Sequence record: MT682706.1
Reading direction: 5' to 3' (one strand)
Source: Escherichia phage vB_EcoS_FP
DNA: 43,757 bases
Shown: piece after piece, positions 7,515-15,135 of the stretch
How positions within the stretch are numbered: the stretch's first letter is position 1
Layout: each line of letters opens with the position of its first letter
Notes under the pieces: generated by a model
Seen by the model: only the letters and a program-made list of their open reading frames with translations
Database searches by the model: none
What the model was told of the DNA's origin: nothing
Translations under genes and position numbers: made by a program

Positions 7515-8768
7515 ATGGTTAAGACAGACAGCTACGCCAATATCTTTCTAGGCGGCAGTGATGGTAGTGAGATTTACGGGAGTTTGCAGAACCAAGCCCC
7601 TACAATTCTGGCTTCGCTTTATGCGGATAATGCGCTGGTGCGTCGAATCATCGACACAATCCCGGAAACAGCACTAGCGGCAGGATTCCACATTGATGGT
7701 ATTGATGATGAGCCTGCATTCTGGTCGCGCTGGGACTATCTAGAACTAACAAAGCACATCAATGAAGCCTGGTCGTGGGCTAGATTGTTCGGTGGAGCAG
7801 CAATTGTTGCTATCGTTAAGGACAATAGAGCGCTAACAAGTCCGGCCAGAGAAGGTGCTGAGCTTGAAACCGTTCGCGTTTACGACCGTACTCAAGTAAA
7901 AGTACAAACTCGCGAAGAGAATCCCCGTAACGCACGTTTTGGCAAGCCACTAACCTATCGCATCACCACTAATGAGAGCGATATGTTCTATGATGTGCAC
8001 TACACCCGAATTCATATCATCGATGGCGAGCGAATTCCTAACGTAATGCGTCGGCAAAATGATGGCTGGGGCCGCAGCGTTCTATCCAGTGACATTCTTG
8101 ACTCAATCAAGGATTACACCAACTGCGAACGACTTGCTACGCAGTTACTGAAGCGCAAGCAGCAGGCGGTGTGGAAAGCCAAAGGTCTTGCTGAATTGTG
8201 TGATGATAGCGAGGGATTTGGTGCCGCAAGGTTGCGCCTAGCACAGGTTGATAACAATAGCGGCGTTGGTCAGGCGATTGGCATTGACGCGGAATCTGAA
8301 GAGTATAGCGTTCTAAACTCTGATATTGGTGGGATTGATGCGTTCCTGGATAAGAAGTTTGACAGAATTGTTGCGCTGAGCGGTATTCATGAGATTATCC
8401 TGAAGAATAAGAACGTTGGCGGCGTATCATCAAGTCAGAACACCGCATTGGAGACATTCCATAAGCTAGTCGATCGCAAGCGTAACGCTGAACTACTGCC
8501 GATTCTCGGGTTCCTGATTCCGTTCATTTCAGACGAGCAGGAATGGTCAGTGGAGTTTAATCCCCTAGCGCAGGAATCAAGTAAGGATAAGGCCGAGATT
8601 CTTGAGAAGAACGTAAACAGTATTGCGGCACTAATTGCAGCTGGCGCTATGGATACCAGCGAAGCCCGTGACACACTACGCGCTATCGCACCAGAAGTTA
8701 AGATTGGTGATGGTGATATTGAGTCCACACAAAAAGAACCAGTAGAGGAGGTTGTAATTAATGAGTAA
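7515..8768 (+). CDS. portal protein
   Basis: 417 aa; position after TerL; start at ATG 7515 with GGAGA RBS (the 7488 ATG lies inside the terminator hairpin). Confidence 0.8.
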   Translation: MVKTDSYANIFLGGSDGSEIYGSLQNQAPTILASLYADNALVRRIIDTIPETALAAGFHIDGIDDEPAFWSRWDYLELTKHINEAWSWARLFGGAAIVAIVKDNRALTSPAREGAELETVRVYDRTQVKVQTREENPRNARFGKPLTYRITTNESDMFYDVHYTRIHIIDGERIPNVMRRQNDGWGRSVLSSDILDSIKDYTNCERLATQLLKRKQQAVWKAKGLAELCDDSEGFGAARLRLAQVDNNSGVGQAIGIDAESEEYSVLNSDIGGIDAFLDKKFDRIVALSGIHEIILKNKNVGGVSSSQNTALETFHKLVDRKRNAELLPILGFLIPFISDEQEWSVEFNPLAQESSKDKAEILEKNVNSIAALIAAGAMDTSEARDTLRAIAPEVKIGDGDIESTQKEPVEEVVINE

Positions 8769-9849
8769 AATCCGCTATGACAGCGCAAAGTTTAAGGCAA
8801 TAATCGACGAGAATGGATTTCTAGTAGATACACCAGTAGTCGCACGCCTTGGCGTGCAAGTCTACTACATGGAGGACGGTAGCACGGTTCGAGAGTTTCG
8901 CCCAGCCGAGGAGGTTTTCAAGGATGAATCTCTGGCAAGTTACCAGGGTAAGCCAATGACTCTTGACCATGTTTTCGTTAACTCAGAGAACGCTAAAGAG
9001 GTAGTGGTAGGTTCCGTTACTGGCAAAGCTGAGCCATTGGGTAGCTCAGTGGTTGCTCCGATTGTTGTTTACGATAACACAGCCATTCAGGAAGCTATGG
9101 CAGGTAACGCCAAGGAGTTATCCGTTGGCTACTCTGCAATTCTTGACGAAACCCCTGGCTGGGGCGATCCTATTACTGGTGAGTACGTCCTTAAATCTGA
9201 TGGTGATCAATTCGAAGTGCCAGATGGTTGGCAGGAGTTCGACGCAATTCAGCGTGACATTAAAGTGAACCATCTCGCAATGGTATATAAAGGTCGCGCA
9301 GGTATTGCCAAATTGAACATGGACGGTGAGCAGGAAAACCCGTATACTACTGACGTTGATATCAATAAAGAGGATAAACAGGAAATGACAGTTAAAATTA
9401 AACTCGACGGCGCGCAGGAATTCGAAGTCGCCCCGGAAATCGCTTCTCACATCGAAGCACTGAACGCAAAGGCTGACACCGCAATCGCTGAGCGCGATGC
9501 ACTGAAAGCTAAAGTTGATGCAATGCCTGCTGAGATCGAGGCCGCAGTCGCCAAGGCGAAAGCTGATGCTGATGCTCTCGCTGCACTGGTTGCTGTTGCT
9601 GCTGAAGCTGGTGTCAAGGCTGACGGCCTGGATGCTAAAGGCATTAAAGTGGCTTACGTTAAAGAAGTCTCCGGCCTTGATGTTTCCGAGAAGTCTGACG
9701 CGTACATCGACGCAGCGTTCGACATTGCCAAAGAATCTGATAAAATGGCTGAAGTACGTAAAGCGACTACCGCTTCCGACAAATCTGACAGCGCCGTAGA
9801 GCCTAAGAAATTAGACCCGCGTGCTCGTTTAGCTAAAATTAAGAAATAA
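8761..9849 (+). CDS. head morphogenesis protein (prohead protease/scaffold-like, Ala-rich coiled-coil C-terminus)
   Basis: 362 aa; position between portal and capsid; alanine-rich AKADADALAALVAVAAEAG segment. Confidence 0.55.
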   Translation: MSKIRYDSAKFKAIIDENGFLVDTPVVARLGVQVYYMEDGSTVREFRPAEEVFKDESLASYQGKPMTLDHVFVNSENAKEVVVGSVTGKAEPLGSSVVAPIVVYDNTAIQEAMAGNAKELSVGYSAILDETPGWGDPITGEYVLKSDGDQFEVPDGWQEFDAIQRDIKVNHLAMVYKGRAGIAKLNMDGEQENPYTTDVDINKEDKQEMTVKIKLDGAQEFEVAPEIASHIEALNAKADTAIAERDALKAKVDAMPAEIEAAVAKAKADADALAALVAVAAEAGVKADGLDAKGIKVAYVKEVSGLDVSEKSDAYIDAAFDIAKESDKMAEVRKATTASDKSDSAVEPKKLDPRARLAKIKK

Positions 9850-9860
9850 GGAGTTATAAC

Positions 9861-10355
9861 ATGGCAATTCGTTCCGTAGCACTGGCTGGTATGGTTTCTG
9901 ATACCTCTCTGTACAACATCGATGGCGCTTGTGTAGTTGGCGGCACAGCACCAATTCCGGCTGGCACTGTTGTTAAATTCACAACCGCTCAGTCTGTAGA
10001 TGGCCACAAGCTTGTGGAGGCGACTGGCCTCACTGCGGGTAATGCTCTCGGTGTGGTTGTTCGCTCTCATTATCAGACCCCGGATGGAACTGCTCGCGTA
10101 AATGAAGCGGTTAACGTAATGACTCACGGTAGAATCTGGGTTCGCTCAAAGCTTACTTCTGCACCAACATTTGGCCAACCAGTTAAAGTTTCTACCACTG
10201 GATTGGTTGAAGATTCAGGCACGATTGACACTGGGTGGACTTTTGCGGGTGGTTACATCAAAAACACTGGCACAGACCCGCAAGACCTTAGCGTTGATGG
10301 CGCACTAGTTGAAGTTCAGCTTACTCAATCCGCAAAATCAACTACTGCAGCTTAA
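9861..10355 (+). CDS. head decoration-like protein
   Basis: 164 aa; immediately upstream of major capsid gene; strong RBS. Confidence 0.45.
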   Translation: MAIRSVALAGMVSDTSLYNIDGACVVGGTAPIPAGTVVKFTTAQSVDGHKLVEATGLTAGNALGVVVRSHYQTPDGTARVNEAVNVMTHGRIWVRSKLTSAPTFGQPVKVSTTGLVEDSGTIDTGWTFAGGYIKNTGTDPQDLSVDGALVEVQLTQSAKSTTAA

Positions 10356-10371
10356 TAATTAAGATATATAA

Positions 10372-10397
10372 AGCCTCCTTCGGGAGGTTTTTTTACA
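10372..10397 (+). terminator. intrinsic terminator followed by sigma70-like promoter (TTGCGT, 16 nt, TATAAT)
   Basis: AAGCCTCCTTCGGGAGGTTTTTTT. Confidence 0.7.
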
Positions 10398-10466
10398 CCA
10401 TTGCGTGGGTTAAAAACTCGTGTATAATGAATCCGTAGACACATAACTGAAAAGGAACAATAAAGA

Positions 10467-11411
10467 ATGGCCATTAAATTTGACGCAGAACAAGCAAAAA
10501 TCACTGCTCACCTCGAGCAAATGGGCGTAGAAAAAGCTGATGCCGCTGGTATCTGGACCGTTAGCCAGCTTACCGCTGCTCTGAACCGTGCTTACGAAAA
10601 AGAATACGCAGAAAACTCAGTTGTTAATATCTTCCCTGTAACAAATGAAATTCCTGGTCACGCGAAGTATTTCGAATACCCAGAATTTGATGGTGTTGGC
10701 ATTGCTCAGATTATCGCTGATTACTCTGACGACTTGCCGCTGGTTGATGCGTTTATGAACGAGAAACAAGGCAAAGTGTTCCGTTTCGGTAACGCATTCC
10801 TGATTTCTATTGATGAAATTAAAGCTGGCGCCGCAACTGGTCAGTCTCTGTCGACTCGCAAACAGGCACTAGCTTTCGAAGCGCACGACAACCTGCTGGA
10901 TAAACTGGTGTGGTCTGGTTCCACTCCGCACGGCATCCGTAGCGTATTCGACCACCCGAACATCAACAACGTTGTTGCCACTCCAAACTGGGGTATCGCG
11001 GACAACGCGATTAGTGATATCACTGCGATGATTGATGCGGTTGAGAGATCAACCCAGGGCCTACATCATGTAACTGACATTCTGCTTCCAGCTTCCGCTC
11101 GTCGAGTGATGCAGGAACTGTTTCCGCAGACAAACCTAAGTTACGGCGAATTGTTCACTCGTAACAATCCGGGTCTGACCATTCGCTTTATGCAGTTCCT
11201 GGACAACTACGATGGCGCAGGTGGCAAGGCTGCTCTGGCGTTTGAAAAGAATCCACTCAATATGTCTATTGAGATTCCAGAAGCTACTAACGTACTTCCT
11301 GGGCAACCTAAGGACTTGCACTTTAAGTACCCTGTAACATCAAAAGCGACGGGTTTGATTGTTTATCGCCCCCTGACGATGGCTGCAATCAAAGGCATCA
11401 CCTTCTTGTGA
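10467..11411 (+). CDS. major capsid protein
   Basis: 314 aa; own strong promoter and terminator; position in head module. Confidence 0.8.
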   Translation: MAIKFDAEQAKITAHLEQMGVEKADAAGIWTVSQLTAALNRAYEKEYAENSVVNIFPVTNEIPGHAKYFEYPEFDGVGIAQIIADYSDDLPLVDAFMNEKQGKVFRFGNAFLISIDEIKAGAATGQSLSTRKQALAFEAHDNLLDKLVWSGSTPHGIRSVFDHPNINNVVATPNWGIADNAISDITAMIDAVERSTQGLHHVTDILLPASARRVMQELFPQTNLSYGELFTRNNPGLTIRFMQFLDNYDGAGGKAALAFEKNPLNMSIEIPEATNVLPGQPKDLHFKYPVTSKATGLIVYRPLTMAAIKGITFL

Positions 11412-11416
11412 TAAAT

Positions 11417-11442
11417 CGCCCTCTTCGGAGGGCTTTTTTTTT
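11417..11442 (+). terminator. intrinsic terminator
   Basis: CGCCCTCTTCGGAGGGC plus T9. Confidence 0.75.
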
Positions 11443-11506
11443 ACGTCTGTACCAAATGGGATTGTTGGGTTATAATCACTCAATCAGATAAACAAAGGAG
11501 ACAAAA

Positions 11507-11752
11507 ATGATTCGTTTAGAACACACTGGCGCTTGCCTTATCGTTTACAAGGGTGAGAAATATTTGCCTGGTGACACTTTCGAGGTTGATGAAATTTGCG
11601 ACGGACTAAAGCGTTTAATCGCAGAGGGTAAACTCACTATTGAAGGTGACGCTAAAGCAACCAAGCAAATCGCGCAAGAAATTGTTAGCAAGAAAAAGCG
11701 CAAAGAACCGAAGACCATCTCCGAAGCTGAGACTGGTAACGAGTACAAATAA
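11507..11752 (+). CDS. small hypothetical head-module protein (81 aa), own transcription unit
   Basis: Flanked by terminators; RBS AAGGAG. Confidence 0.6.
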   Translation: MIRLEHTGACLIVYKGEKYLPGDTFEVDEICDGLKRLIAEGKLTIEGDAKATKQIAQEIVSKKKRKEPKTISEAETGNEYK

Positions 11753-11757
11753 CAAAC

Positions 11758-11780
11758 AGGGCGCTTCGGCGTCCTTTATT
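11758..11780 (+). terminator. intrinsic terminator
   Basis: AGGGCGCTTCGGCGTCCTTTATT. Confidence 0.55.
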
Positions 11781-12195
11781 GTATGGAGCTAATATGAATG
11801 ATGCAATTTTGGCGTTTATGCGCTCTCTTGTTCCTGCGCTTAAAGCGGTGGATGACGAAGCAATTAATGTATGGATTGATTTGGCACGTCTATATGTATG
11901 CGAAAGCAAGTTTGGAGCAGACAAAGATAAGGCTATTGGCCTTTGCGCGCTGCACCTAATGCTTGCTGATGGCGCGTTTAAGGGCGAGAATGAGGGCCTG
12001 GAAACATACAGCCGTAGAATGGCAAGTTACGCGCTGAGCGGTGAATTCTCTATCACCTATGATAACCAATCAGCAATCCAAGGTGATTTATCATCTTCCT
12101 CATGGGGCCGTATGTACAAGGCGCTTCTTCGCAAGAAAGGTGGCGGCTTTGGATTGATTACTTCCGCTGGTGGCGGTGGGTGCGGTTGCCGATGA
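11779..12195 (+). CDS. head-tail connector/adaptor protein
   Basis: 138 aa; position; Gly-rich C-terminus. Confidence 0.5.
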   Translation: MYGANMNDAILAFMRSLVPALKAVDDEAINVWIDLARLYVCESKFGADKDKAIGLCALHLMLADGAFKGENEGLETYSRRMASYALSGEFSITYDNQSAIQGDLSSSSWGRMYKALLRKKGGGFGLITSAGGGGCGCR

Positions 12196-12563
12196 ACTAC
12201 AACGAAATCGAATCAATTACTCGCGCTGGAATTAACTTCTTTAGTGATGCTAATGGCGTTTATGAAATGAGCACTGGTGATGGATATGTTGAAATCGTTA
12301 ACGGCGTTGAAGTTGAAGTTCCTTCGCAAACATTTCAGCTGAAAGGCTTGGTGCGAGAAATCAAGACGCGCGATATAGATGGCGAGTTTATCCAGTTTGG
12401 CGATAAGCGCGGAATCTTCACGGCGCAGGTGGAAATTAAGCAGGGTTATCAGATTAAGGTTGATGGCGAGACTTTTGTTGTTGTTGACCCTAGACCTGTA
12501 AAGCCAACCGGTACAGTTGTTGGTTATAGACCGATTCTTCGTAGGGTGGCTACTCATGGCTAG
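12192..12563 (+). CDS. head closure / head-tail joining protein
   Basis: ATGA overlap; 123 aa; position. Confidence 0.5.
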   Translation: MNYNEIESITRAGINFFSDANGVYEMSTGDGYVEIVNGVEVEVPSQTFQLKGLVREIKTRDIDGEFIQFGDKRGIFTAQVEIKQGYQIKVDGETFVVVDPRPVKPTGTVVGYRPILRRVATHG

Positions 12564-13005
12564 TTTTATACCGAAGGCTAATGGCGGGGTTATTGAATTT
12601 AGCCGCTCCATCTCTGAGTGGATAGATAAGGTTGAGTCTGGAGTTGAGGAGGTTGTCGCAGGAACCATTATCAATACAGCCAAGGGTCTGGTAGATCAGT
12701 CACCGGTTGACACTGGTAGATTTAAAGCCAACTGGCAAATAACAGCAAACTCCCCGGCTCAGCAGTCAGTAATTGACTATGATAAACTTGGAACAGAGAC
12801 CAAAAGAGCACTCGCAAGACAGGCAAGGGCGGTAGCCAGAGCAAAGGGAACAAAGGTCATTTACATAACAAACAGGCTTGATTACTCAATTCACCTTGAG
12901 TATGGCGGCTCGGGTCAGGCGCCAAACGGCATTATTAGGATTGTTCAAATGCGGCTTGGTCGATACTTCCAGGAGGCGGTAGAGGAGGCTAAACGTGCAC
13001 TATGA
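12556..13005 (+). CDS. tail completion / neck protein
   Basis: In-frame ATG overlapping upstream stop; position. Confidence 0.5.
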   Translation: MASFIPKANGGVIEFSRSISEWIDKVESGVEEVVAGTIINTAKGLVDQSPVDTGRFKANWQITANSPAQQSVIDYDKLGTETKRALARQARAVARAKGTKVIYITNRLDYSIHLEYGGSGQAPNGIIRIVQMRLGRYFQEAVEEAKRAL

Positions 13006-13396
13006 ATTGTCTATAGCTGCCAGGAAATATGTTAATGATTTGCTGGTGAGCATCTTCCCAGTCAGATATCCAGTATCTTGGGAAAACGTTGCTTTCACTC
13101 CTCCAGCAGATGGCTCTATCTGGCTAAAGTATGACTACACAGAAGTTGATACTGTAACATACGGGCTGAGCAGGAAGTGCAAATACTATGTAGGGATGGT
13201 GCAGGTTTCTGTCTTCTTCAGTCCAGGTACTGGCATTGATAAGCCGAGACAAATAGCTAATCGATTGGCAGAATCTATCGTTGATGGTACAATGCTTGAC
13301 AGCGGGACCATTTATGAGTCTGGAGTTGTTAACCCGGTTATCAAATCCAAGTCTGGGTGGTTTATCCCGGTTCATTTTTATGTTCGTCTAGACTAA
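12995..13396 (+). CDS. tail terminator-like protein
   Basis: 133 aa; position upstream of major tail protein. Confidence 0.45.
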   Translation: MHYELSIAARKYVNDLLVSIFPVRYPVSWENVAFTPPADGSIWLKYDYTEVDTVTYGLSRKCKYYVGMVQVSVFFSPGTGIDKPRQIANRLAESIVDGTMLDSGTIYESGVVNPVIKSKSGWFIPVHFYVRLD

Positions 13397-13411
13397 CAAA
13401 AGGAAAAATAA

Positions 13412-14068
13412 ATGGCTCATTTATCAAATGGCACGCAGGTCTTCGTAGAAGGATCTCGCGGAACTCCAATTGACGTAACTGCAATCTCTAACGCAGATAA
13501 ACCAGTTTTAACCGTATCTAGCGCATCTGGCCTGGCTAAGGGTGACTACCTTCTGTTTACCGCCTCCAGCTCAACCCTACTTAGCGACAAACATGTGCGA
13601 GTAACTGAAGTTTCTGGCACTTCGGTAACAGTTGAAGGTATTGATACCTCCAATACCACTAAGTTCCCTGCTGGCTTAACTGGTGAGGTTGTTAAGATTG
13701 ACTCATGGTTCGAAGTCCCGTGTGTTCAGGACGTATCTACTGACGGCGGCGAACAGCAGTTTGTTAACTTCCAGTGTCTTTCTGATGACCGCGAGCAGCA
13801 GATTCCGACTTATAAGTCTGCGGTAACAAACACCTTCACCTTTGCTCACGAGTACACCAACCCGGTCTATCCGGTTCTGCGTAAGTACGATGAGTCTGGC
13901 CAGGTTGTTGCAATTCGTCTGTTCGTACCTCGCGCTCAGGAAATGCGTTTGCAGTCCGGCACTATCGCTTTCAACGACACCCCTACCATTGGTGTTAACG
14001 AAATCGAAACGGTATCCATCGCTGTATCCATTCGTGGTCGTCTGTCCTCTGTGGCAGCTGAAGTTTAA
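13412..14068 (+). CDS. major tail protein
   Basis: 218 aa; strong RBS; followed by terminator; position upstream of chaperones and tape measure. Confidence 0.7.
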   Translation: MAHLSNGTQVFVEGSRGTPIDVTAISNADKPVLTVSSASGLAKGDYLLFTASSSTLLSDKHVRVTEVSGTSVTVEGIDTSNTTKFPAGLTGEVVKIDSWFEVPCVQDVSTDGGEQQFVNFQCLSDDREQQIPTYKSAVTNTFTFAHEYTNPVYPVLRKYDESGQVVAIRLFVPRAQEMRLQSGTIAFNDTPTIGVNEIETVSIAVSIRGRLSSVAAEV

Positions 14069-14073
14069 AACAC

Positions 14074-14098
14074 AAACCCTCTTCGGAGGGTTTTTTAT
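14074..14098 (+). terminator. intrinsic terminator
   Basis: AACCCTCTTCGGAGGGTTTTTTATT. Confidence 0.75.
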
Positions 14099-14100
14099 TG

Positions 14101-14160
14101 CACAGCACTTTTTGATAAAGCACTTATTCAGTTTTGCTGTATAGTTAACTCATCGAAACG
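14101..14160 (+). promoter_or_regulatory. phage-specific promoter-like module (variant)
   Basis: CAGCACTTTTTGATAAA, 22 nt, TATAGTTAACTCATCGAAACGA. Confidence 0.5.
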
Positions 14161-14178
14161 AAATGAGAGACTAAAGAA

Positions 14179-14427
14179 ATGAATAACGTTAAAAACATCA
14201 TCAAGCTTGCTGCGGTTCTGGTCGCTTTTTATGCAGCAGTTCAGATTGTCAACCCAACTGGCGAGGTTGATGCAAATAGCAAGGCAAACAAATATACTGT
14301 TGAGTTTGCTAAAGCTGAGCGAGCATGTCAGAATCTTGTGGGTAGCAAGGTTGACCAAATCATGAAATATGGAAAAGAGGTTTGTAAGGACTCAGCCGCT
14401 AAGATTGCAAAAGAAAACACTAAGTAA
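14179..14427 (+). CDS. small secreted/membrane-anchored protein (82 aa), moron-like insert in tail module
   Basis: N-terminal hydrophobic segment IIKLAAVLVAFYAAVQIV; own promoter module and upstream terminator. Confidence 0.55.
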   Translation: MNNVKNIIKLAAVLVAFYAAVQIVNPTGEVDANSKANKYTVEFAKAERACQNLVGSKVDQIMKYGKEVCKDSAAKIAKENTK

Positions 14428-14465
14428 TAGAATACATACTCACAAACAATAAGAGGATTAACAAA

Positions 14466-14780
14466 ATGGCAAAGTTCAAACTTTCACTGGCAGCACTCCC
14501 TGACTTTAAGTTGCCTGTAAAATTCAAGCTGGCTAACGACCAGGATGTAGAGGTTATCTTTACAGTTAAGCACAAGAAAACATCTGAGTTGCAGGAATTG
14601 CTTAGCAGGGAGGATTTAAGCACAAAAGAACTTATTATGGCAATTGCCTCTGATTGGGATTTGGAGGAGGAATACAACGAAGATAACGTTAATGAGTTCT
14701 CCGACCTGTTCCCAGCCTCAACCGTTGCACTTACTACCGCTTATATGCAGGCACTGGCAGGCCAGCGGGCAAAAAACTAA
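14466..14780 (+). CDS. tail assembly chaperone (G-like)
   Basis: Position upstream of tape measure; ends in slippery A_AAA_AAC. Confidence 0.7.
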   Translation: MAKFKLSLAALPDFKLPVKFKLANDQDVEVIFTVKHKKTSELQELLSREDLSTKELIMAIASDWDLEEEYNEDNVNEFSDLFPASTVALTTAYMQALAGQRAKN

Positions 14781-15100
14781 AGAGGGCGGTGTATCTACAG
14801 TACCAGTCAGAGCCAACTGATGCCGAACTGGAAGCTATTGGGATGCGCCGCTCTGATTACGAAGACGAAGAGCCTGAAGTTTTACACTTCGACGACAACA
14901 TGATGAAGGCTTGGGACATTTATTGTTCAATGGCCACGCAATGGAGGGTTGGAGCTAACGGAGCTACAGGGTTAGATTACAACGTGCTAAATTTCCTCTT
15001 TAGAGTGTATAATGTCTCAGAAGAAGAATTGGTGCTCAGTGATTTACGCATCCTTGAAGCTAAGGCTCTCGAGATGATGGATAATCTGAGAAAAAAATAA
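14466..15100 (+). CDS. tail assembly chaperone GT-like fusion via programmed -1 frameshift at A_AAA_AAC (14771-14777)
   Basis: Slippery heptamer in frame with the G codons; -1 frame continues as ...KKLKRAVYLQYQSEPTD into ORF ending 15100. Confidence 0.55.
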
Positions 15101-15120
15101 CCCGCTTCGGCGGGTTTTCT
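15100..15120 (+). terminator. intrinsic terminator-like hairpin
   Basis: ACCCGCTTCGGCGGGTTTT. Confidence 0.45.
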
Positions 15121-15135
15121 ATTATGGAGGCTTAG

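Noticed and set aside
9447-10127. Minus-strand Ala/Ser-rich ORFs antisense to the scaffold and decoration genes
   Set aside because: Antisense shadow of the alanine-rich coiled-coil region; fully embedded in strongly supported sense-strand genes
4775-11452. Shared CGTCTGTA word upstream of two late promoters (4775 and 11443) as a possible late-activator site
   Set aside because: Its distance to the -10 differs between the two sites (6 versus 19 nt) and it is absent at the third late promoter (10400); probably coincidence
12213-12683. Minus-strand 156-aa ORF inside the head-tail joining genes
   Set aside because: Fully antisense to tightly packed structural genes on the + strand; no promoter or RBS
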